This document shows, piece after piece, positions 27,403-36,491 of a stretch of DNA of 64,000 bases. This DNA comes from Gemmatimonadota bacterium. Lineage in GTDB: Bacteria > Latescibacterota > UBA2968 > UBA8231. The notes under the pieces are model-generated. The model was not told the DNA's origin, did not search any database, and worked only from the letters and a program-made list of their open reading frames with translations. The position numbers and the translations under genes are program-made. How positions within the stretch are numbered: position 1 is the first letter of the stretch; every line of letters begins with the position of its first letter. The stretch spans positions 1-64,000 of the forward strand of contig JAYPJE010000003.1 of assembly GCA_038128265.1 (NCBI GenBank). Direction: 5' to 3'.

Positions 27403-28122
27403 TCAGTCTACGGGGCCGCGGTGCTGCCAGCGAATGCGCGCCAATTCGCTGAGATTGCGCGCCATACCGATGACGGGATTAAAGCGACTATCGGGATCAA
27501 AAGTCCATTTGACTGGAATGCGTTCGATGCGGTAGCCCAGCTTGGATGCCAGCAGCAAAATCTCCACGTCGAACATATAGCCATCGACTTTCTGGCGGGC
27601 AAATAGGTCGCGGATAATGTCCGCGCGAAAAAACTTAAAGCCACACTGTGTGTCGTCGTATTCGCGCAGCCCCATCAGCGTTTGTAGCAAGGCGCGAAAA
27701 ACGTTGGAACCAATCTCTCGGTAGCGCTTGCGCGCCTGTGCGATCTCGGTCTGGCCCAATGTCCGGTCGCCGATAACGCCATCAGCGCCCCCTTCCAATA
27801 GCGGTACAACCTGGTCGAGCGCGGCGATATCGGTCTTGTAGTCGGCGTCCATAAAGCCGATGTAACGGCCGCGCGCCTCTTCTATGCCGTGGCGGATGGA
27901 ATATCCCTTGCCGCGGTTGCGTTCATTCGGCACGCAGCGCACCTGCGGGTGGTTTGCCGACACGGCAGCAACCTGCTCTATCGTCGCGTCGCCGCTGCCA
28001 TCGTCCACGGGTAAGAGCTCGTACTCCCACGAACGCTGCTGAAGAAATTCAATCGATTTCTCCAGCGTGAACGCGATGCGTTTTTCCTCGTTATAGGCCG
28101 GTATTATTATGCTGAGATCCAT
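27403..28122 (-). CDS. GT2 polyprenol-phosphate glycosyltransferase (Alg5/DPM-like)
   Basis: IIPAYNEE, VDDGS, NRGKG, MDAD, DTQCGFK, FDVE. Confidence 0.92.
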   Translation of the reverse strand: MDLSIIIPAYNEEKRIAFTLEKSIEFLQQRSWEYELLPVDDGSGDATIEQVAAVSANHPQVRCVPNERNRGKGYSIRHGIEEARGRYIGFMDADYKTDIAALDQVVPLLEGGADGVIGDRTLGQTEIAQARKRYREIGSNVFRALLQTLMGLREYDDTQCGFKFFRADIIRDLFARQKVDGYMFDVEILLLASKLGYRIERIPVKWTFDPDSRFNPVIGMARNLSELARIRWQHRGPVD

Positions 28123-28238
28123 GGGTCCTCTGCTGCAAAAAGATATCGCCGCGGCCCTTTAGGGTCAACCAACTTGACATGGACTAGCCGGAGCTTATAT
28201 TGCCGTAAACTCTATACTTAGACCCCATATAGCCATCC

Positions 28239-29294
28239 ATGAGTGAATCGATACGCGTAGACGCCAACGAGCTGATTTCCGCATGCCGCGCCATCCTTGA
28301 GCACGAGGGCGTCCCCAGCGACGATGCAGACTTTGTCGCCAATACCCTGGTCGAAGCCGACCTGCGAGGCATTCACAGCCACGGCATATTGCGCCTGGGG
28401 CGCTACGTGCGCGAACTGCGCAGTCGCGTCACCAATCCCACACCCCATATTCGCATCGCCGACGAAGGCCCTGCCATAGCGCGCATCGACGGCGATGGCG
28501 GACTGGGACCGCTCGTCGGGCGCTTTGCCATGCGCACCTGCATCGAAAAAGCGCGCGCGGCTGGATCGGCCACCGTAACCGCCTTTCGCTCACGCCACTT
28601 TGGCACGGCAGGCTATTACGCCCTTATGGCGCGCGAAGCCGATTTAGTCGGCATCAGCATGACCGTTGCCAGCCCCCGGCTCGCTCCCACGGGCGGCACG
28701 CAGCCCCTCTTTGGCAACAACCCACTATCCCTTTCGGTGCCGGGCGATCAGGAGTTTCCCCTGCTGATTGACTTTGCCTCGGGCCGCACCGGAGCAGGGC
28801 GCTTGGAACTGGCCGCGGCCAAAGGCGAATCCATTCCCAGCGGTCTGGCGCGCGACCTCGAGGGCAACGATACGACAGACCCACAGGTTGGCCTCAAGGG
28901 CAGCATTATTCCAATCGCCGAGCACAAGGGCTACGGGCTCACGCTCTTTATCGAAATATTAGCCGGCCTTCTCGGCGGTGCGCCCTATTTTGGCATCGCC
29001 CGCGAAGAGGTCGAAAAACACATGCACGACAAGGGCATAGGCCACTTCTTCATGGCTATCGACCCAAGTCGCTTTATGCCAATCGAAGCGTTTAAGGCGG
29101 CTGTTGGACGCATGGTAGAAGGGATCAAACAGTCGCCACGCATGCCCGACACGGACGAAATCCTCGTCCCCGGCGAACTCGAATTTCGCAAGCGCAACGC
29201 CGGACTGCGCGACGGCATACCGCTAGCAGCGGCCACGCTCACCACCCTGCGCGAAATGGCCAGCGCCTGCGGACGCCAAATTCCTGCGAAGTAG
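28239..29294 (+). CDS. Ldh_2 family NAD(P)-dependent oxidoreductase (AllD/ComC/YiaK-like)
   Basis: ADLRGIHSHG, SRHFG, GNNP, HKGYGL, VPGE; TTGACA-16-TATATT upstream (28174-28201). Confidence 0.92.
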   Translation: MSESIRVDANELISACRAILEHEGVPSDDADFVANTLVEADLRGIHSHGILRLGRYVRELRSRVTNPTPHIRIADEGPAIARIDGDGGLGPLVGRFAMRTCIEKARAAGSATVTAFRSRHFGTAGYYALMAREADLVGISMTVASPRLAPTGGTQPLFGNNPLSLSVPGDQEFPLLIDFASGRTGAGRLELAAAKGESIPSGLARDLEGNDTTDPQVGLKGSIIPIAEHKGYGLTLFIEILAGLLGGAPYFGIAREEVEKHMHDKGIGHFFMAIDPSRFMPIEAFKAAVGRMVEGIKQSPRMPDTDEILVPGELEFRKRNAGLRDGIPLAAATLTTLREMASACGRQIPAK

Positions 29295-29299
29295 GCATC

Positions 29300-29647
29300 A
29301 TGGCAAACGAAACCATTTTCAGTAAGATCATACGGCGCGAGATTCCCGCAGACATCGTCTACGAAGACGATACCTGCCTCGCCTTCCGCGATATCAACCC
29401 CCAGGCGCCGATCCACATCCTGATTATTCCCAAAGAGCCGCTGGCCAGCGTCGCCGACGCGGAAGAACGCCACGCAGATATGCTCGGACACCTCGTAGTC
29501 ACCGCGCGCCAGGTTGCCCGCGCCGAAGGCATCCTGGAAAACGGCTTTCGCCTAGTGGTAAATGCGGGCCAGGATGGGGGACAGGAGGTCCACCACCTGC
29601 ACATACACCTCTTAGGCGGCCGACGTTTCACCTGGCCTCCGGGCTGA
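29300..29647 (+). CDS. hinT: Histidine triad nucleotide-binding protein
   Basis: DINPQAPIH, GQEVHHLHIHLLGGR, WPPG. Confidence 0.95.
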   Translation: MANETIFSKIIRREIPADIVYEDDTCLAFRDINPQAPIHILIIPKEPLASVADAEERHADMLGHLVVTARQVARAEGILENGFRLVVNAGQDGGQEVHHLHIHLLGGRRFTWPPG

Positions 29648-29667
29648 GCCTGCGCTCCGACCTACCC

Positions 29668-29716
29668 AAACGGCAAAACGGGCGCCCCTCTTGGAGGGAC
29701 GCCCGTTTTGCCGTTT
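29668..29716. terminator. Bidirectional terminator between hinT and rplC
   Basis: Long stem AAACGGCAAAACGGGCG...CGCCCGTTTTGCCGTTT between convergent genes. Confidence 0.8.
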
Positions 29717-29727
29717 GATCTTACGTG

Positions 29728-30345
29728 CTACTGAGTCTGTATATCGACGAAGCCGTTGGCTCCACCGGGCACGGCTCCTTTGAGGAAGAGCAGGTTGCGT
29801 TCGCTGTCGATGCGCACGATATCCAACCCCTTGGTCGACACCTGCACATTGCCCATTTGGCCGGGCATCTTCTTACCCTTCCAGACCTTGCCCGGGGTCG
29901 TCCCCTGACCAATCGAACCGCCGTGACGGACGCGATCGGGCGTTCCGTGGGTGGTATTCTTACCCTTAAAGCCGTAGCGCTTGACGACGCCAGCAAACCC
30001 CTTGCCCTTTGAGCGCCCGGTCACCTTGACCTGCTGTCCCACTTCGAACTGGCTCACATCGAGGACCTGTCCTACCTCAAACTCACCATCGATGCGGCGA
30101 AATTCGCGTAGAACGCGGTGCGGAGCCACTCCAGCTTTAGCAAAATGGCCGCTTTCTGGCTTGTTGACCTTGCGAGCGGGTATCTCTTCAAAGGCCAACT
30201 GCAGCGCATCGTAGCCATTGCTCTCCTGGGAGCGTACCTGAACTACGGGACAGGGCCCAGCGGCCACCACGGTAACGGGAACTAACTCGTCTTTATCGTT
30301 GTAGACCTGAGTCATGCCCAGCTTTTTTCCTATCAGGGCGCCCAT
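29728..30345 (-). CDS. rplC: 50S ribosomal protein L3 (stand-alone)
   Basis: GKKLGMTQ, PVTVV, SKGKGFAGVVKR, GSIGQ..TPG, KGKKMPGQMG, KGAVPG. Confidence 0.97.
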   Translation of the reverse strand: MGALIGKKLGMTQVYNDKDELVPVTVVAAGPCPVVQVRSQESNGYDALQLAFEEIPARKVNKPESGHFAKAGVAPHRVLREFRRIDGEFEVGQVLDVSQFEVGQQVKVTGRSKGKGFAGVVKRYGFKGKNTTHGTPDRVRHGGSIGQGTTPGKVWKGKKMPGQMGNVQVSTKGLDIVRIDSERNLLFLKGAVPGGANGFVDIQTQ

Positions 30346-30400
30346 AGCGCAAACTCCTTGCCTAAACCCATTAGTTTATTCATATATGATGCAGCTGAAA

Positions 30401-30429
30401 AATTTAGCCCATTTCTCCTTTTTCAGCAA
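30401..30429 (-). promoter_or_regulatory. sigma70-type promoter for rplC
   Basis: Minus strand TTGCTG-17-TAAATT. Confidence 0.5.
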
Positions 30430-30444
30430 GAGGAATAAAAAACT

Positions 30445-31353
30445 ATGTCCGATGACCCGCGCAGGGGCAATATAACCGTCTGGCGCAGCGGAGCCGTCGG
30501 CGACTTTGTGCTCACTCTGCCCGCGCTCGACGCACTAAGGCGCTACGGAGCGGGCCGTCCCATCCGCATCGTCGGCCGCCCCTCTATCTGCCAGCTGTTT
30601 GAAGCCGACGCAATCCTCGACAGCGAGGCGACGCAGCTACTACCCCTGCATACCTCTGCACACGGAGACGAACGGATTGCAGCATTCTTTGCCGAGTGCA
30701 GCCTGTTGCTGGCCTACGGCCAAGCGGAGGGGCCACTTTACGAGCATGCCCACAACGCGCTGGGCCATCGAGCCATCTTTTGGAACCCACACCCCATCCC
30801 CGGCCATAGGCAGCATATAACCGACCACTTGCTCGCCCCCCTGCGCGAGCAGTTAGCCATTGATGTGCCCGACCCTCGCCCCTCTCTTACTCTGCGCCCT
30901 CACGAGTTGGCCTGGGCAGGCCGGCTGGGCCCCATGCCCACCGTCTTAGCACATCCCGGCAGCAGCGCCGCCGGCAAATGCTGGCCGCTGGAGCGCTATA
31001 CCGCCTGGGCACAGGCGCTGCGTGGGAGCGGTGTAGAGGTTGGATTTATCAGCGGACCGATTGAACGCGAGCTCGAGATGGCATTGCCCAATGACATACC
31101 CCACTTCCGCCCACCAAACCTGCGCACACTCGCCGCGCTGCTGGCGCAGGTCCGCCTCTTTGTCGGCAACGATTCCGGGCCGGGCCATATTGCAGCAGCC
31201 GTCGGCACGCCGACGCTCTCCCTGTTTGGCCCAACGGACCCGCACGTCTGGTCGCCGCGTCGCGAAACGGGTCGCGTCTTGGTCGCAGACGGAGGCCAGT
31301 TGGAAAACCTGCCGTTAGATATCGTCCTACATGCGACGCTGGACATGCTCTAA
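30445..31353 (+). CDS. GT9 glycosyltransferase (LPS heptosyltransferase-like)
   Basis: GAVGD, HPGS..KCWP, GNDSGPGHIAAA, LFGPT. Confidence 0.9.
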   Translation: MSDDPRRGNITVWRSGAVGDFVLTLPALDALRRYGAGRPIRIVGRPSICQLFEADAILDSEATQLLPLHTSAHGDERIAAFFAECSLLLAYGQAEGPLYEHAHNALGHRAIFWNPHPIPGHRQHITDHLLAPLREQLAIDVPDPRPSLTLRPHELAWAGRLGPMPTVLAHPGSSAAGKCWPLERYTAWAQALRGSGVEVGFISGPIERELEMALPNDIPHFRPPNLRTLAALLAQVRLFVGNDSGPGHIAAAVGTPTLSLFGPTDPHVWSPRRETGRVLVADGGQLENLPLDIVLHATLDML

Positions 31354-31413
31354 TCGGCCAATAATACCGACCCCAGATCCATCTCACGACGCGGAGCACG
31401 CTGACGTTTAGGC

Positions 31414-31914
31414 TCATTCGATCGAGTCGATAATTTCTATCATTACCTTAGCCGTGCCCGCATTGACCATCTCTAGCTCCAGTGCGGCAGCGAAAGATAG
31501 ATCGAGCACCCGCCCCTCAATAAAGGGGCCGCGATCGTTCACTTTCACCTCTACCCAGCGTCCATTACCTAAGTGGGTGACACGGATGCGCGTGCCCAGA
31601 GGAAGCACTCGGTGCGCGGCGGTGAGCTTATACATGTTAAACGTCTCGCCGTTGGCCGTTTTGCGCCCGTGGAACTTTTTCCCGTAGTACGAAGCAACGC
31701 CAATCTGATAGGCACTACTCGTGTCGATCCGTTCGGCATCAACGGGATGGGCGGTTTGCGCAGGTGGGGCAACCGGCGTTGGCGGTCGTTGGGGCGAGGA
31801 GTTAACGGGCGCGGCAGCAGATCGACTAGGGGCTTTTTCCCCGTTTAGGTAAACGGGATGCGGCGCACAGGCACAGCACAATATCGCGACCAGTGTTCCA
31901 ATCCAACTCTGCAT
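31414..31914 (-). CDS. rlpA: Septal ring lytic transglycosylase RlpA-family lipoprotein
   Basis: Lipobox-like LCCAC; GVASYYG..FHGRKTANGE, TAAHRVLP, NDRGPF, DLS. Confidence 0.93.
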   Translation of the reverse strand: MQSWIGTLVAILCCACAPHPVYLNGEKAPSRSAAAPVNSSPQRPPTPVAPPAQTAHPVDAERIDTSSAYQIGVASYYGKKFHGRKTANGETFNMYKLTAAHRVLPLGTRIRVTHLGNGRWVEVKVNDRGPFIEGRVLDLSFAAALELEMVNAGTAKVMIEIIDSIE

Positions 31915-31949
31915 GCGATACGCTCCCCCACAGCCGCGTGCAGCAACGC

Positions 31950-32858
31950 CTAGGTCTGCAGCGAACCGACCAGGTCGCCGATGCGCACAATGCCGGATTC
32001 TTCGCAGTAGCGACCAATCCCTTCGACTATTTCGGCGCCGGCATTTGGGTTAACAAAGTTCGTCGTACCTACCTGCACGGCAGACGCGCCGGCGATCAGA
32101 AACTCGACCGCGTCGAGCGCCGAGCGTATACCGCCCAATCCGATCACGGGAATACCCACGGCCTGACTCACTTTCCACACCATAGCTAGGGCAACCGGCT
32201 TGATCGCCGGCCCCGATAGACCACCGGTTATATTGCCGAGCAGCGGCCGCCGACGGCGCACGTCGATGGCCATACCAACCAGCGTATTAATCAGTGATAT
32301 GGCATCGGCACCGGCTCCCTCAACGGCTCGAGCGATCTCTGCTATATCCGTCACGTTGGGCGACAGTTTGGCTATGACAGGCTGGTTGGCCACGCGGCGC
32401 ACAGCGCCAATCACATCGGCCGCTGCACCCACATTGCTGGCAAAACTTTCGCCGCCGGCGCGCACGTTTGGACAGGATATATTGACCTCGAGCGCGGCAA
32501 TGCCCTGCAGGTCGCGCAGACGCGCGGCCATATCGGCAAACTCCTCAACGGAATGCCCGGCTATATTGACGATGACCTGCGTATCCAAGGTCTGCAAAAA
32601 GGGCCACTTGTCGGCGATAAAATCGTCCAAACCGGGGTTCTGTAGACCAATTGAATTGAGCATGCCAGCGGGCGTTTCCACAATGCGCTGCGGACGGTTG
32701 CCAGCGCGCGGCTTCGGGGTAATCGTCTTGGTCACGATTCCACCCAGCTGACCCAGATCCGTTAAAGACTGCAGTTCACTGCCATAGTTGCACGTGCCGG
32801 ATGCAAGCAACACCGGGTTGCGCAGGGCGATACCGGCCAATTCGATTGACAGATCCAC
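31950..32858 (-). CDS. pyrD: Dihydroorotate dehydrogenase 1B, catalytic subunit
   Basis: NPVLLASGT, NSIGLQN, NISCPN, KLSPN, GGLSGPAIKP; GTG at 32858 just after the pyrK stop. Confidence 0.95.
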   Translation of the reverse strand: MDLSIELAGIALRNPVLLASGTCNYGSELQSLTDLGQLGGIVTKTITPKPRAGNRPQRIVETPAGMLNSIGLQNPGLDDFIADKWPFLQTLDTQVIVNIAGHSVEEFADMAARLRDLQGIAALEVNISCPNVRAGGESFASNVGAAADVIGAVRRVANQPVIAKLSPNVTDIAEIARAVEGAGADAISLINTLVGMAIDVRRRRPLLGNITGGLSGPAIKPVALAMVWKVSQAVGIPVIGLGGIRSALDAVEFLIAGASAVQVGTTNFVNPNAGAEIVEGIGRYCEESGIVRIGDLVGSLQT

Positions 32859-32860
32859 GA

Positions 32861-33658
32861 CTAGTGCTCCCAGCAAATTTCGCGCGCGTCAAAAACGGGC
32901 CCGTCGACGCAGATTCGCTTGTAGTCGGCATAGGCATTGTCCGCATCGGCGTTTTCCACGCGCACTACGCAGCCAACGCAGATGCCAATACCGCAGGCCA
33001 TGTATTCTTCGAGTGAGACCTGACACGGGATATCGCGCTCTACACATGCCCGCGCAACGGCCTCTATCATCGCATGTGGTCCGCACGTGTAGACCACGCA
33101 CGGCCCCGCCGCCAATTCGCGCTCCAGCAGCTCCGTCACCAGACCGTGATGCCCTAAGCTACCATCGTCGGTTGAGCGATCTAAGCGCGTAGCCGCTCCC
33201 TGAAAAAAGCTATCGGCCAAATGGTGAGCCGCCGAGCGGGCCCCAACGAGCGAGACGACTTCGGCGCCTTTCTTGACCAACTCACTGCCCAGAAAGATCA
33301 TGGGCGGCACGCCAATGCCACCGCCAACCAATACGCTGCGCACCTCCCGGTCAGCCTGCACAAAAGCCTTGCCGAGCGGTCCTAAACAGCGCAGCTGCTC
33401 GCCCACTCTACACCGGCTCAATTCGTCGCTCTTGGGCCCCATATTCTGGTATAGCACATCGATGCAGTTGATCTGCTTATGGACGGCGCACACGCTGAGC
33501 GGCATGCGTAGAAACGGCATGCCGCCCGCGTTGACCTCCACGTTGACAAACTGTCCCGGCTGCGCATAGGCGGCGATATGCGGCGCCTCCAGACGGGCCA
33601 GAAAAAAATCCTCTGCCACCTCGTCGTTGGTTAGCACTTCGACTCTTTCGTCTATCAC
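32861..33658 (-). CDS. pyrK: Dihydroorotate dehydrogenase electron transfer subunit
   Basis: PGQFV, GGGIGVPP, CGP, MACGIGICVGC...RICVDGPVF. Confidence 0.93.
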   Translation of the reverse strand: MIDERVEVLTNDEVAEDFFLARLEAPHIAAYAQPGQFVNVEVNAGGMPFLRMPLSVCAVHKQINCIDVLYQNMGPKSDELSRCRVGEQLRCLGPLGKAFVQADREVRSVLVGGGIGVPPMIFLGSELVKKGAEVVSLVGARSAAHHLADSFFQGAATRLDRSTDDGSLGHHGLVTELLERELAAGPCVVYTCGPHAMIEAVARACVERDIPCQVSLEEYMACGIGICVGCVVRVENADADNAYADYKRICVDGPVFDAREICWEH

Positions 33659-36486
33659 GAGCCCTCGTCTATGGTCGTCGGCGTAGCCACCGCCGTTGTA
33701 TCAGGAGCCAATTGGCCCGAAAAAAACGGAATAGTCAGTTCGATCCACACCTTGATCTCGTTGCCATCGGTGCGCAGAGCGGGGTAAAACTCGTACTCGT
33801 AGGCGGCATTTATCGCCGCTTGGGCAAAGGGCTCGTCACCGCGAAACACCTCGACGCTCTGGGCGCGCCCCGCTTTGTCGACCAATACATCGAGCAGCAC
33901 CTCGAGCGAATCGACGGCCATGCCAGCGGGAACATTGGGCCGCACAACGCTGCGCACCAGGGGCCAGTCGCTCAGCGCAATATCCTGCGTGCCCAGACTC
34001 AGGTCGACTTCGGGCGGAACGATGGCCAATTCCACTAGCTGATCAATATCGAGTGCCTCGCCCTCTACGATGGCCGGATATTGCTCGCGCGCATAGCGGA
34101 TCTGCGGGTTCGAGGCATCGCGCCGGAGCAGCTGCTGTAAGTACGAATTGGCCGAGTCCTCTTCGGCTTCGGATATATGTATGGCGAATAGCCGGTAGTG
34201 CGCCTGCAGATTATTCGGATCAAAGCTCAGCGTCTGACGATAGAGCTCTGTTGCCTCGGAGAAAAACCCCTCTTCCCACGATAGGTTGGCCAGCAGGTTG
34301 AGCGCGCGCGGATTGCGCAACTGCTCTTCCAAACTGCGCTCGTAGTAGCTGCGCGCCGAACTCTTGTCCCCGCGCCGATCGGCTCGCAGCGCAAAACCCA
34401 TGTACTTGCGCGAGAGCGATGCGGAGTCGAGCGTGTCCGGTTCCAATGCCAACAGAGCCATTTCCTCACCCGGCTTTAGCACCCCTCCCACGGCCTTTAG
34501 GCTGCGCTCTAACTTGGCGACGGAACCATCGGTGCGCGCCTCGCGTCGCAGCAGCGCAATCTCACCGTAGCGCGTTTCCGCAAACTCTTCTTCTAGACGT
34601 CGGTAGCGCTGGTCCACTTGGAGCGTATCGCCGCGCACATCTTCGTAGGCCACAGCGCTCAGGTAAAGGGCCTTGGCGCCAATGGGCGAGCCGGCATAGC
34701 GCGCCGCCAAGCTATCGAGCAGCGGCACGTAATCCTCCAGCGCATTGGGATCGGCCATGCGCAGCGCTTCAATCTGGGCAAACTCCGCCGCGGCGCGTTC
34801 GGCATCGGTCGTCAGCAACGCGCGCCCCAGCAGCGCGCGCGCTTCGTTGGCATGAGCCGAGTTGGAAAAGTCGCGCACGAGTTGGTCTAAATAAGGCCTT
34901 GCCCCCTCCTCATCGCGGCGCATCTCCCGGTGGATCCAGGCCATGCTATAAATGGCGCGCGGCAGCTGCTCCGAGTTGGGGAAACGGCGGATAATTTCCT
35001 TGTAGTAAGCAATGGAAGAATCGGCCTGTCCAACGAGGTCGCGATACACTTCGGCGATCGTGAATAGGTTGTCGAGAACTTCCAGGCTGTGCGAGACAAC
35101 AAATTCGTCGCTCGCAAAACGCGCATCGCGTTCGCCGCCTTCACCGGCCGCTTCACCTTCTGCGGCCCCTCCCTCGTCGTCCTCGACAACTCCGATGGCT
35201 ACATCGACTCGATCGCCGCCTTCCTCATCTTCGCTCTTCTCACTTTCTTCCTCTACTCCTTCGCGCGCTCCCCCTTCGTCTTCTTCGCGCTTGGGAGGCT
35301 GCCATCCCTCTACCAGTAAAACCGGCCCGGCAATAGCCCCTAGCGAGTCGGCAGCCAGCGAATCGGCGCGATGCACGCTGCCCTGCAAACTTTCCAAACG
35401 CGCGAGATGGCCCAGCATGACTTGAGCGAGGCGCGCCCCCTGCGAACCGGCCTTCTCTATATTGGTCTCTTCAAAATATTCGCGGGCAAGTTGGGTATCC
35501 CCTCGCTCTTGCAGGTAGAGCAATCCCGTTCGATAGAGCGCCATAGCCGAGGCCGGACTCTGGGGAAAATCGTCGCGCACCTTCTCGTATTGGGCAAGGG
35601 CGCGCTCCTGATCGCGACGCACCTGGTAGTGCTGGCCAATCAGCAGGCGCGTGCGCCCTTCATAGGCGCGAAAATCCCCGTCCTTCAGCAGCGAATCATA
35701 GGCATCCAAAGACCCTTCTACATCACCCACTATGGACAGCGCCCGCCCGATATTGAGGCGAGCGCGATATTCCTGGTCGCGATCCGGATCGGCTCTGAGC
35801 ACGTCGAAGAATGTGTCGACAGCCTCTTCGTAGCGCGTCGAGTCTTCCAGTGCCAGCAGGGACGAACCCAGCCGCAGCAACAGTGCGGCGCGAATGGACG
35901 CATCGGGGAACGCGTCGAGCGCTGAGCGGTACTCCTGCGCTGCGGCGACATAGTCCTCATTCGCATAGGCCATTTCACCTAAGCGCCATCCCGCCTGCGC
36001 CGCCGTCTCTTCTTCGGCCTCTTCTACTAACGCCCTATAGAGCTGCTGCGCCTCGCTGTCGATCCGCTGTTTTTCCATACACAGAGCGCGCCAGTAGCGC
36101 GCCCTGTTGAAATACTCGCTGTCGGGAAAGTTGGTCTCTAGGTCTCGGAAGGCCTGAATCGCACGCAGGTACTCGGAGCGCCAGTAGAACGAACGCCCCA
36201 AGAGAAACATCGCATCGTCGACCAGTTCACTCTCTTTATAGCGCTCTAAAACGCGCGACGCTTTGCGCGCCGCCTGATCGTAAAGCTGGTCGGCATTCTG
36301 CGGGCGCGGCACCTGGTAGTCTTCGGTAGCCCCCTCTTCCAATTCCCAACTAGCGTGCTGTTCCTCGTGTTTCTGGCGCGCCTTTTCTGCCTGGCGATAG
36401 TATTTCTGGGCGTTGTAAAACGTATTGAAGTAGACGCAGCCCGAGGCACCAAAAAACACCAGTGCTATGAGGACATACAGGCGCAT
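33655..36486 (-). CDS. TPR-repeat lipoprotein with C-terminal TonB_C-like domain
   Basis: Signal peptide and lipobox (GASGC) from ATG at 36486; many TPRs (FPDSEY, FPQSP, FPNSE); acidic linker; C-terminal VLVDKAG..VEV...AA..YEFYPA..DG..IKVW. Confidence 0.8.
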   Translation of the reverse strand: MRLYVLIALVFFGASGCVYFNTFYNAQKYYRQAEKARQKHEEQHASWELEEGATEDYQVPRPQNADQLYDQAARKASRVLERYKESELVDDAMFLLGRSFYWRSEYLRAIQAFRDLETNFPDSEYFNRARYWRALCMEKQRIDSEAQQLYRALVEEAEEETAAQAGWRLGEMAYANEDYVAAAQEYRSALDAFPDASIRAALLLRLGSSLLALEDSTRYEEAVDTFFDVLRADPDRDQEYRARLNIGRALSIVGDVEGSLDAYDSLLKDGDFRAYEGRTRLLIGQHYQVRRDQERALAQYEKVRDDFPQSPASAMALYRTGLLYLQERGDTQLAREYFEETNIEKAGSQGARLAQVMLGHLARLESLQGSVHRADSLAADSLGAIAGPVLLVEGWQPPKREEDEGGAREGVEEESEKSEDEEGGDRVDVAIGVVEDDEGGAAEGEAAGEGGERDARFASDEFVVSHSLEVLDNLFTIAEVYRDLVGQADSSIAYYKEIIRRFPNSEQLPRAIYSMAWIHREMRRDEEGARPYLDQLVRDFSNSAHANEARALLGRALLTTDAERAAAEFAQIEALRMADPNALEDYVPLLDSLAARYAGSPIGAKALYLSAVAYEDVRGDTLQVDQRYRRLEEEFAETRYGEIALLRREARTDGSVAKLERSLKAVGGVLKPGEEMALLALEPDTLDSASLSRKYMGFALRADRRGDKSSARSYYERSLEEQLRNPRALNLLANLSWEEGFFSEATELYRQTLSFDPNNLQAHYRLFAIHISEAEEDSANSYLQQLLRRDASNPQIRYAREQYPAIVEGEALDIDQLVELAIVPPEVDLSLGTQDIALSDWPLVRSVVRPNVPAGMAVDSLEVLLDVLVDKAGRAQSVEVFRGDEPFAQAAINAAYEYEFYPALRTDGNEIKVWIELTIPFFSGQLAPDTTAVATPTTIDEGS

Positions 36487-36491
36487 GCAGC

